The translations under genes were made by a program, and so were the position numbers. Of a stretch of DNA of 64,000 bases, positions 26,383 to 36,941 are shown piece by piece. Under the pieces are notes generated by a model that was given only the letters and a program-made list of their open reading frames with translations, searched no databases and had not been told where the DNA came from. This DNA comes from Heptranchias perlo (lineage: Eukaryota), in the NCBI RefSeq assembly GCF_035084215.1, contig NC_090356.1, forward strand, positions 11,966,001 to 12,030,000, given 5' to 3'. Every line of letters starts with the position of its first letter. Positions within the stretch are counted from its first letter, which is position 1.

Positions 26383-28566
26383 CATTTATAAATACATAAG
26401 GAGCAAGAGGATAACCAAGGAAAGAGTAGGGCCTATTAGAGACCAAAAAGGTAACCTGTGTGTGGAGGCGGAAGATGTGGGTAAGGTTCTTAATGAATAC
26501 TTTGTGTCTGTCTTCACAAAAGAGGGGGATGATGCAGATATTGCAGTTGAGGAGGAGTGTGAAATATTGGATGGGATAAACAGTGAGAGAGGAAATATTA
26601 GGGGGATTAGCATCTTTGAAAGAAGATAAATCACCAGGCCCGAGTGAAATGCGTCCCAGGCCGTTCAGAGAAGGGAGGAAATAGCAGATGCTCTGACCAT
26701 CATTTTCTAATCCTGTCTGGCTACAGACGTGGTGCCGGAGGACTGCTAACATTATACCATTGTTTTAAAAAGGGAGAAAGGGATAGACAGAGTAATTATA
26801 GGCCAGTCAGCCTAACCTCGGTGGTGGGCAAATTATTGGAAAAAATTCTGAGGGACAGTATTAATCGTCTAGAAAGGCACTGATTAATCAAGGACAGTCA
26901 GCATGGATTTGTTGAGGGAAGGCCGTGACTGACTAACTTGATTGAATTTTTTGAGGAGGATCGATGAGGGTAATGCATTTGATGTCTACATGGATTTTAG
27001 CAAGGCTTTTGACAAGGTCCCACGTGGCAGATTGGTCAGAAAAGTAAAAGCCCATCGGATCCAAGGGAAAGTGGCAAATTGGATCCAAAGTTGGCCCAGT
27101 GGCAGGAAGCAATGGGTAATGGTCGACGGGTATTTTTGTGACTGGAAGGCTGTTTCCAGTGGGGTTCCGCAGGGCTCAGTACTTGGTCCCTTGCTTTTTG
27201 TGGTATATATCAACGACTTGGACTTAAATGTAGGGGGGGCATGATTAAGAAGTTTGCAGATGATACAAAAATTGGCCGTGTGGTTGATAGTGAAGAAGTA
27301 GTGTAGACTGCAGGAAGATATCAATGGACTGGTCGGGTGGGCAGAAAAGTGGCAAAAGGAATTCAGTCCAGAGAAGCGTGAGGTAATGTATTGGGGGAGC
27401 GCAAACAAGGCAAGGGAATACACAATAAATGGGAGGATACTGAAGTGTAGAGGAAGAAAGGGACCTTGGAGTGTATATCCACAGATCCCTGAAGGTAGCA
27501 GGACAGGTAGATAAGGTGATTAAGAAGGCATACGGGATACTTTCTTTTATTAACCAAGGCATAGCATATAAGAGCTGGGAGGTTATGCTAGAACTGTATA
27601 AAACACTAGTTAGGCCACAGCTAGAGTACGGCATACGGTTCTGGTCTCCACATTACAGGAAAGATGCGATTGCACTAGAGAGGGTACAGAGGAGATTTAC
27701 GAGGGATGTTGCCAGGACTGGAGAAAAGATAGGGTAGGCTGGGGTTGTTTTCTTTGGAACAGAGGAGGCTGAGGGGAAATTTAATTGAAGTGTGTAAAAT
27801 TATGAGGAGCCTAGATAGAGTGGATAGGAAGGACCTATTTCCCTTAGCAGAGGTCAATAACCAGAGGGCATAGATTTAAAGTAATTGGTAGAAGTTGAGG
27901 AGAACTTTTTCACCTGGAGGGTGGTGGGGGTCTGAAGCTCACAGCCTAAAAGGGTGGTCGAGGCTGGAACCCTCATTGCATTTAAAAAGTACTTGGATAT
28001 GCACAATTTATAGGGTACGGTAGCATAGTGGTTATGTTACTGGTCTAGTAATCCCAAGACCTGGACTAATAATCCAGAGTTATGAGTTCAAATCCCGCCA
28101 CGGCAGCTGTGGAATTTAAATTCAATTAATTAAATAAAATCTGGAAAAAAAAACTAGTATCAGTAATGGTGGCCATGATCGTCCGGATTGTCATAAAAAC
28201 CCATCTGGTTCACTGATGTCCTTTAGGGAAGGAAACCTGCCGTCCTTGCCCATATGTGACTCCAGACCCACAGCAATGTGGTTGATTCTTAATCACCCTC
28301 TGAAATGGCCTAGCAAGCCACTCAAGCAGGTGGCTCACCACCACCTTCTCAAGGGCAATTAAGGGATGGGCAATAAATGCTGGCCTTGCCAGTGACGCCC
28401 ACATCCCATGAACAAATTAAAAAAAAACCTTGAAGTGCAGTAACCTACAAGGCTACGGCCCAAGAGCTGGAAAGTGGGATTAGGCTGGATAGCTCTTTTT
28501 CGGCGGGCACAGACACGATGGGTCGAATGGCCTCTTTCTGTGCATAAATTTCCATGAATCTATGAT
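26383..28566 (+). mobile_element. CR1 LINE, 5'-truncated, frameshifted ORF2, 3' UTR split by a SINE
   Basis: YKYIRSKR, NYRPVSLTSVVGKLLE, YMDFSKAFDKVP, GVPQGSVLGPLLF, YKTLVRPQLEY; tail TGGGTCGAATGGCCTC...CTATGA. Confidence 0.95.
28012..28428 (+). mobile_element. tRNA-derived SINE whose tail is borrowed from the 16748 LINE family
   Basis: A-box TAGCATAGTGG, B-box GAGTTCAAATCC; 3' end GGCTCACCACCACCTTCTCAAGGGCAATT...AATAAATGCTGGCCTTGCCAG...poly(A). Confidence 0.85.
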
Positions 28567-30062
28567 TAAACAACTAGAATTGACCACTTATAGTTAATTG
28601 GCTCTTCACTTGTGAAAGCACTGTGTACCCAGGCAGTGAAGACATATTATAATGTGTTTTGTCATACATCAAAATGTCACATTTGTTAAGTGTCACTGTA
28701 GAAAGTAAATCTGACACTTGCATCTGATTGGCTCCAATATTATTTTCCCAAGCTGACGAACCAACTAATCAAGTACAAAACACACCAATGAGCAAATCGC
28801 AAGTGGGAATGAAAACTACCAATCATGACTAGATAACAAGGGAACAACTACCAATAAAATAAGGGCAAAAAAAAGTCTCTTTAAAAATCATTTTGGCTGC
28901 ATGCTTGCTTTAGTTAATGAAAATATGGTTTCCAATATAATAGAGATAAAAATATATAATTCACAATAAAATAATTAAACTTAACTATGTTTCTTTGTGT
29001 TGAGGTCTTCAAAAAATTTTTTCACTCAGTGAGACTTGTCCAAGAGGAATAGATCTGAGTTCTTGGGGTCTTTTAGAGTCATCACACTCAGCTGAATGAA
29101 AAGCACAATTAGGCAGTAGCCCATAACTCCCAACATATAAAAGTTTTACTGGAAGCTCTTTGTGGATAAAACTCCCAGATGTGCAAATTTTACTTTGTGC
29201 ACTGCAACTCCCAGAATGAATAGCAACGTTGCTTCTCTCCCCTTTTCACAGCTGGGTGGAGGGGACAAATACACACACCAGGATTTTATTTTGTGATTGA
29301 TAGCAAGGCTAGACACTCATGCTGGGTTTTCCATTTGTAAAGATACTATTTTCCACCTCTTTCCCCCCCCCCCCCTGCCCTGTCTAGCAGTGGAAAGGAA
29401 CTAATAACTGTTGGCATTAAAAGGCAGGAAGCTATTATTCAGATGTGAATATTGTGAAGGCAATTATGAACTTGTGCTTTTTGTACAAAAGAAACTTCAG
29501 AAAATAAGACATGAACTTTATCTGAGGTAACTTTGATGTGAAAAATGATCTAACTATTCAAGTGGCTGTTTATCTAACTACAGTACAGATTTATTTATGG
29601 AACTGTTATGTAAGGGGAATAAGTTAATTTATCTGGCTTCAGTGAGTGAGGAAAACATTTATTTACTCTTTTTAATTTTTTCATCCACGAGCAATGCCAC
29701 GGGAGGTCTATTCATGTATATCAAGTCTTGCATCTAACGTGTTTGTCACACATGAGAAATGTCAACAATGCAAAAAAAATCCTGATTGGCTCAAATTTTC
29801 TAGCAACAATCAAAAACACTTAATACACTGTCTGCTCGCACGTTTCTCACCAACTTCTTTCCAAATCTTTTAGCGGCCATGTGCATCCCTCCCACATCCC
29901 AGCAACCTCCTGGGAACAACATAACCTTCAACTTATCATAAGCAATGCCATGGGCGACATTTAAAGAATTCTGTAGCAAATTAACTTTTATATAACTTTC
30001 ACCAAAGAGTGAGAGAAAGCAAAAAGAGAATGCAATAATGGTTTTCAGAGCTAGTTGACTGC

Positions 30063-30150
30063 ATTTACCTGAGGAAGGAGGAAGTCTCCGAAAGCTTGTG
30101 AATTTAAAATAAAATTGCTGGACTATAACTTGGTGTTGTAAAATTGTTTG
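30063..30150 (+). mobile_element. Penelope-like terminal fragment, family A1, with hammerhead motif at 30063-30103
   Basis: ATTTAC CTGAGGA A GGAGG AAG TCTCC GAAA GCTT GTGAAT, followed by the AATAAA-containing family sequence. Confidence 0.8.
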
Positions 30151-32501
30151 CAAAGAGAGAAGAGTAGGAAGTCTGGGAGGAGCTAATGAATAGTAGAAAA
30201 ATGATCGAAAAAGAGAAAAGTAATACATTTAATGTTACTTTTTACTGCACTGAAGTATGCAGTATATAGGTTATATTTGCACAGTGGTGCAAGTGAGAGT
30301 CGTGTTTTCAATGCTTACATCATTCCGACGTTGGAGAAGGCAGAGCTCCGCACATGGACCAAGATGTGTGCTCGGTGCCCTGCTTACTGACCTCCCACTG
30401 CCTGTGTGACTTTCAACAATCAAAAAGAGGTGTCAAAATACTGGGCTGTTTTCAATCTTTCAAATATGATTGCTGGTACAGTGGGCCACTAGAGTTTCTC
30501 TTAACTATAAAAGGCTGTAAATTATTTTTGGCAAGGATTTGCACCAACTCGTTTTTAAACAGCAGCCAGCCCCTATCATTCCTAATGTAAGACTACTTCT
30601 TTCAGGTGATTTTTGATTGTTGTTGTGCTGAAAGTGCTCCTGCCCTGAGTTACCAGAAGACGTCACTCTAACAATGACTCAGAGCAGACTTGTCAGCGAT
30701 AATACGACAACAAACTATGATCGAAACATGAATCAGCAGCTCACTGCAATCTGTGTGATGGATGCAGCGTTCTGCTTATAACCATACTTACGTTTTTGAT
30801 GTCAGGGTTGCTGACTCACTATTGAAAAGCTCACACTGAGATTTTGTCCAATGTTGACCAATATAGCTATTACATATTTAGGAATTTGACAGAGATCAAT
30901 CTGCACTTAGAAAAATACAGGCTGCAAAACAAGGAATGATATGCATCTTTGGCAATCTGCTCACCTCATTTCAATGAATGATTTTGAATGTTTCTCAAAT
31001 GTGAGGGTGTGGGGAGAGTCAAAAGGGTCATATTTCCCAGTCCTTTGTGCCCAAGAAAATCCACTGCTTTCTTCCTGCTCTATCAACAAGCCTTTCACTG
31101 ATTCTTGGTTGCTCTCCACACTACTGCCCCGCTTCTCATTCCTTTCAAATAATCTTCCCTGCTTCTTGCTACTCAACAGTGCCAGGAGTGTGCAGGTCAC
31201 TCATGTATAAATGAAATAGCTTTGTAACCCTAATAGCCTTGTAGATTAGCAGAGCTGTCGATATTAATTCTAGTTGTGAGATTTCAGTCATGAACCACAT
31301 AACTAAAGTGTTGCCTCAGCCCAAAAATATAAAAAACAAATATAGGAAAAAGTATAGTTTACAGATAAAATGTAGGGTACATGTGAAGTCTGACTGGGGC
31401 TGAAATGTCACCTCTGTGGTTTCAAAGTCTGTACAAAGTTAAAAGGAAGGTTTAGGTTGGACATTAAAACCTGAAGAATTCACCGATTGGAAATGTCACA
31501 CCATGAACTCGGGAAAGTGCATTTTTATTTTTTTCATATTTGTTTGAACTTTCAATTCTACCACATTTCTTGGAGAATTTATTTTCTCCATTGTGATACT
31601 TTTGATATTAATTGGATTATTTTGTGCAGATGCCTTGATATTCTGCTTCCAACATTATCTCAAGTAGGAATTTCAAACTATCTAACAACTGTATGCAGTG
31701 CAAGATCTGCTTTTAATGTATTTTTGCACCCCCTTTTTAAAAAAAAAATCCACACCATAGTAAATTGTAATGCTTAGAACCAACACTGTGAGGGACTGGG
31801 GGCGAGAGAACTCTTAGACTTAATTACCTGTCCAGTAAAATTAAGTCATATCAGAGAATTGTATTGTTTTAATCCTTTAAAGCTTACTACTAAATACATT
31901 TTTGCCTTTGTCATGTAACATCCAGGAATCTGTGGGTAAAAGTCAATCCATCTCATTATAAAACAGCATATGTATTTTCTAAATTCCGCTTGTCACTGGG
32001 AGATGTGCCATGTGTCCATATTTGAAATTCACAGGATTCTAACAGAGTCAGAAAGTTCAATGAGACTGTAGACTCAGAGCTCTGGATAGGATTTTCCAAG
32101 CTGGGCGTTGATTATTTTGGTGACTGTTTAGGTCGTGATGTTATAATCAAGTTTGCGACAGTCACAATTATGTTCTGTGTGCTATAGATTAAAGAAGCAA
32201 TATTTCTTTTTAAATTTAAAAATGAAATAAGGTACACTTACTATTATCGAAATATTACCCCATTTGTGCCTGCAGTGATGTTATTGCTTGTTAAACACAA
32301 ACCTAATGCATTACCAAACACATCCAAAACAACAAAATTACCAAGAGACAAGCCTGACAAAAATAAGGCAGCATCCAATTTAATGCAACTTTTTGGACAC
32401 CATAAGACACCTTTTGGAGGAAAGTTTAATACTGCTTATCTATAGGACAAATCTCAGTGACAAATGTGCCGTGTTTATTTTGCTACATATCAAACTGATA
32501 A

Positions 32502-32595
32502 CCGAGTAAATGGAGTTAAGATACAGATCAGCCATGTTCTAATTGAAGGGCGGAACAGGATAGAGGGGCTGAATGGCCTACTCCTATTCCTATGG
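32502..32595 (+). mobile_element. CR1 3' tail fragment
   Basis: GATCAGCCATG...GGGCTGAATGGCCTACTCCTATTCCTATG, as at 60000-60071. Confidence 0.75.
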
Positions 32596-33589
32596 TATAA
32601 TTATACAACTATTAGGATTCACTAACATTAACCAGATGCAATCGTAGAGGAATTTTACAACTTTGAAGCAATGTGGGATTATTCTGAGCCAGTTACCATG
32701 ATTGTTGTTACCGATTTTGGGCTGTTAAAATACTGTTTCTATCTCAACCATTTCACAGCAGTTTCCATAAGCAGACCCTGTTCCCAATGTCCTGGAAGCC
32801 GGACCTTTATAATGAACGTCCCTTGCAGAATTGAATGACCCGCGGATTAATAATTGTTCCATGTTTTGGAATGAATCAAACGGTGTCTGCCATTTGTTAG
32901 ACTTGCCCTAGCATGTTTAGGTTTTTTAATTTTTTGCATGGCAAGTTGCTGAAAGTGTGAGCTGATAATGTCGTAGCGAGGGAAACAGGGCATCTGGGAC
33001 CTGAGTGAACAGGGCAAGCAACTGTGTATCTCCTTAACCAATCAAGACTGAAGGAATGCGAAATTAACAATACAAGGACTGAGAAGGAAGTGTAGGTGAA
33101 TTTAATGTCAAATCAGGTACAGAAAGAGAAATGAAGAGAGGGAAAGAAAGATTGAGTTGAGAGAGAAAGAGACAGAAAGGAAAAGTTTAAAAAAAAATTT
33201 AAATGGGACATTTTTGAAATTTCCAACAATTAAAACCTGAAGGAATGAGACTCCACACTTAGAGTTAATTTTCAGTGCCAGAAATGTTGATTGGCAGTAA
33301 TTAACTGTTATGACATTGTTAAAAGGGTATAGACTGGAATGGACAAGACTTAACTTTCTGTGGCAAGTTTAATTCATATGTATTGCGCAAATACAGCAAC
33401 TTCTGCCAATCAGTGCATTTCGATGGTGAGCCAGGCAGTGAGATGCTGTTTTCGCGAAGCTAACGGTGGAACTTTTGAATTTTTAAGTTTAACCGCGCAT
33501 CTGCCCCTCGCCTGAAGTTGCTGTACCATTGTGTGAGCGCCATTAGTCTTACTGTTATTTTGGCAGGAAAATCTGGGCTGTGATGTAAA

Positions 33590-33730
33590 TTGAAACAAAA
33601 ATAGAAAATGCTGGAGACACACAACAGGTCAGTCAGTATCTGTAGAAGACAGATAAGATAACATTTCACATGTAGACCCTTCATCAGAACTTGGTTCTCA
33701 TCTGTTCTCTTCACAGATGCTGGCTGACCT
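33590..33730 (-). mobile_element. Family B Penelope-like terminus with degenerate hammerhead core
   Basis: Minus strand reads AGTT CTGATGA AGGGTCTACATGT GAAA TGTT; flanked by inverted ATCTGT/ACAGAT arms. Confidence 0.6.
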
Positions 33731-34324
33731 TTGATCCTGTTTAAAGAAATTTGTTTGAATGATAGTGAGTGATTGTGGGGGATTTTTTAGTAACAGCTGA
33801 TAAACTTGTTAGTTGTGGCACCGTTTTCAAACAAACTGGTATTACAGACATAATGATTCACACCCAATGACAACCAGACCACAAAGAGTTCTGGAGGATG
33901 AAGTTAAGCATAATGTGGCCATTTAGATAACTATTGCCATTGATATAACCAAAGCACTTCACAAAAGGCCTCTTGAAAACAGAGGCCATATTACTTTGTA
34001 TAACCAAAAGCATAAAACTTCAGATGCTGGAAATCTGAAGCAAAAGCACAAATTGATGGACACCCTCCTTGGGGTCAGTTTGCATCTTTGGAGAGGGTGG
34101 CCCTGGAGAAGAAGCGGTGTCTTCCAGTACGCTTGAAGCCTCCTGCAATTGGTGGGCACTGCAGGGATCAGAGTGCGTAGTGGATAGTGGAAATAACATT
34201 ATTATTTAAATTATAAGTTTCCTTTGCTTTTGTTTTCTGTTTTCTATTAATTGCGTCCCTTTACAAGAGGGCACCTTTATTAAGTTTTAGTGTTAGGTTA
34301 GAGTTCAATAGTTAATTGAAGAAA

Positions 34325-34460
34325 AGGCATCTGTGGAGAGAACAGAAGAGAACCAAGTTTTGATGAAGGGTCGACACCTGAAACATTAACTCTGTTCTCT
34401 TTACAGATGTTGAGTGTTTCCAGCACTTCCTGTTTCTGCAGGGTTTTTTTTTGCTTTTTG
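34325..34460 (+). mobile_element. Family B Penelope-like terminus with degenerate hammerhead core (34356-34391)
   Basis: AGTT TTGATGA AGGGTCGACACCT GAAA CATT AACT, between inverted arms 34328-34346 and 34391-34409. Confidence 0.6.
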
Positions 34461-34488
34461 TTTAATTCATTGTCCCTTTTCTTCCAGG

Positions 34489-34809
34489 TGTGGAGATGCT
34501 GGCGATGGACTGGGGTTGACAAATGTAAGGAATCTTACACCAGGTGAGAGTCCAACAGTTTTATTTGAAAATCACAAGCTTTCGGAGGCTTTCTCCTTCG
34601 TCAGGTGAAGTGTGACGAAGGAGAAAGCCTCCGAAAGCTTGTGATTTTCAAATAAAACTGTTGGACTATAACCTGATGTGGAGATGCCGGTGATGGACTG
34701 GGGTTGACAATTGTAAACAATTTTACAACACCAAGTTAATTTTATTTTAAAATCCACAAGCTTTCGGAGGCTTCCTCCTTCCTCAGGAAGGAGGAAGCCT
34801 CCGAAAGCT
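34489..34809. mobile_element. Cluster of two adjacent family A palindromic insertions (A2 at 34489-34675, A1 at 34677-34809)
   Basis: Each starts TGTGGAGATGC(C/T)GG(T/C)GATGGACTGGGGTTGAC, runs to the hammerhead core and folds back as an inverted copy. Confidence 0.88.
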
Positions 34810-35103
34810 ACCCTTACCCCCTCCTGCCTGTTTTAGAGCAGTGATCAAGAGAAACTTCTTTACAGAGGGAGTTGTGAGACTGTGGAATTCACTTCCAAAG
34901 TTCTGTAGTGACAAGTTCTCCTCATGTTTTTATCCAAAACAGGCCTCAGCCCAGTCATTTACTCCAAATGTTGATGCAATGGTTCAAGCTAAGAGGTGCC
35001 AGGTATCAGGAGCAGCAGTAGCTGTAAATAAAATCTAAATGTAATTAAGTACCAATAGAGTTCATCTTCATCTATTTCCAGTTTAATAACTTTTGCTGAA
35101 TTC

Positions 35104-35353
35104 TGTAAAATTGTTTACAATTATTCTGAGACCTGGCAGGTAACACCTGATTGCCTTGGCAATGGGCAGTTGAAAAAACTGTCTGTTATCACCAAGCATT
35201 GTTCTGTGAATTATAAATGCGACTTCATTTTGAGGATTTCATTTCCACATCGTTCACCTGAGGAAGGAGGTAGCCTCCGAAAGCTTGTGAATTTAAAATA
35301 AAATTGCTGGACTATAACTTGGTGTTGTAAAATTGTTTACAATTGTCAATCCC
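35104..35353 (+). mobile_element. Longest family A1 copy (near-complete pseudo-LTR) abutting the KIF1B promoter
   Basis: TATAAA 35212, hammerhead 35253-35291, AATAAA, 3' hairpin; the 19-nt TGTAAAATTGTTTACAATT occurs at 35104 and 35326. Confidence 0.78.
35253..35291 (+). ncRNA. Minimal type-I hammerhead ribozyme motif
   Basis: Stem I TTCAC/GTGAA; core CTGAGGA; stem II GGAGG-TAG-CCTCC; GAAA; palindromic AGCT in place of helix III; predicted cleavage after CUU. Activity untested. Confidence 0.75.
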
Positions 35354-35439
35354 TCAATAGTGACCGCTTTACCTTTCGCCTCTCTTTTTTCCCCTTCCCC
35401 AAAAAAGAGCAAAAAGCGGTACTCTGCCATACAGCCTCC

Positions 35440-36000
35440 TCAAGCAAGGTGGCAGCCCAGCACACTTCGGCTGACAGAAATCCCGCATCGTTACGTCATT
35501 GCCAAGCAGAAGTCCCGCCTTCGGAATGCTCCTATTGGCTGCGCCGGTGCGCTGAGCGTGCCCATCGCCACAGCTCGCATTCCAATAGGCAAACTGCCCA
35601 GTCAATCACAAGAAGGCTGACGTAATGCCTCGGAAAAGCGGCCGGCGTTGGTAGTTTGGTCTCCGCTTTTAGAGATTTTTTTTGGGTTGCAACAGCGATA
35701 TCCCCCCCGCCCCCCTAACTCCCCCCGATCCGCAGTTTGAGCGCACTTGGCCGAGAAAGGAACCTCGAAAATAGCCCCGAATAAAAGATACGAGAGAGTG
35801 CGGCGTTAGGAGCGGGCTGGCGGGTGCCCATCATGGGTTTGGAGTGTTGACACATTCGCCTCAATTGTATCCGACCGCAGCGAGCTGTAACATTGTTACT
35901 TTCCGGCTTCCCTTCGCCCGGCTCCGGAGCAGCTTCGTCTCTCTCTCTCCCTCTCTCTGTGTTTTTGGTCTTTTCACAAGGGTAAGTAGTAACTGTGTCT
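35440..36000. promoter_or_regulatory. CpG-rich promoter of KIF1B with paired CRE-like and CCAAT (NF-Y) motifs
   Basis: Dense CpG in an otherwise CpG-depleted window; TTACGTCA 35491, ATTGG 35534, CCAAT 35582, TGACGTAA 35618; about 1 kb upstream of the KIF1B ATG exon. Confidence 0.8.
35700..35981 (+). other. KIF1B: Putative non-coding exon 1 (5' UTR) of KIF1B; start approximate
   Basis: Strong donor CAAGG|gtaagt at 35981/35982 inside the CpG-rich region; acceptor ttaatag| at 36772 precedes the ATG exon. Confidence 0.65.
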
Positions 36001-36835
36001 CTGGGGTCTGCCTTTATGCCGGGGGGTTGGCTCTGACTCCTCTCTCTCTCTCCTCCCCCCACCCCCACCTACATCCCGACCGTTTGTTTCCCACCTTGTC
36101 TCAGCACACGTCGTGTGCTCCCAGAAGCAGCTGTTTCCCCAATGAGGTTAGTTATTCTCCAGTAATGGAAAATAAGATTAGATGAATCGTTATCACCTCG
36201 CTTCGTTCTGAAGTAAAACTCCTGTTTTATTTTGGGTATAGCGATCATCTAAATTTAATGTTATGGTCTTAGTTAGGGCGAATGTTATTCAGGGTTGTGT
36301 TTTTTTTTGGGTGGGTTTTTTTGTGCGCACTCGCAACCTGTCAGGGACATAACTGATTTGTTTTGTGTCTCATTGCAGATCAAGGGCGGATGCCCTTAGT
36401 TTTTTTTTAATGAAAAGCTGACTCCAAGAAAACCCAATTTCATTGATAAATTGGTATTACGTGATTGTAATGCAGCATTTATTATGATTTAAAAAAAAAC
36501 ATTTCTACTTGATCTGAGGATGGAATGTTGAATGTTGTAATAGTTATTTGCGAAATCTGTACCTGTGCGTGAAGTATAGGAAGAAAATATCTTTGTGATG
36601 GTATAATTTTATTTTTCTGAAAATTGGAATGTTTCGAACATGCATCAGTCTCACTGCAGTACCGATACGGCAGCCATGTTTAAAATTTAACAACTGGAAA
36701 AGTGATCAAAACACCGTGACATCAGTGGCGACGTTTTTTTTTTATCTTGCCTGTGTGCGTTTTCGTTAATAGAACTCCTCTTGTAATCTTTGATATAGGG
36801 GCTGGTCGCTGTGAGAGAGAGGCACAAAGAGCAAG

Positions 36836-36941
36836 ATGTCTGGAGCATCTGTCAAAGTGGCGGTCCGTGTGAGACCGTTCAACTCTAGAGAGACCGGCAA
36901 GGATTCGAAATGCATCATCCAGATGCAGGGCAGCTCTACCA
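36836..36941 (+). CDS. KIF1B: KIF1B first coding exon (kinesin-3 motor N-terminus)
   Basis: ATG at 36836; [35 protein letters not shown]; donor ACCA|gtaagt; nearly identical to the human KIF1B N-terminus and syntenic with UBE4B. Confidence 0.95.

Noticed and set aside
34489-34809. CRISPR-like array or classical MITE
   Set aside because: No repeat-spacer periodicity and the context is eukaryotic. Arm lengths vary, the tail is asymmetric, TSDs elsewhere in the family are 14-15 bp and single-arm copies exist, which fits retrotransposition rather than a fixed-TIR DNA transposon.
35333-36185. ORFs of 78-117 aa over the promoter
   Set aside because: By-product of high GC content; non-ATG starts or low complexity and no recognisable homology.
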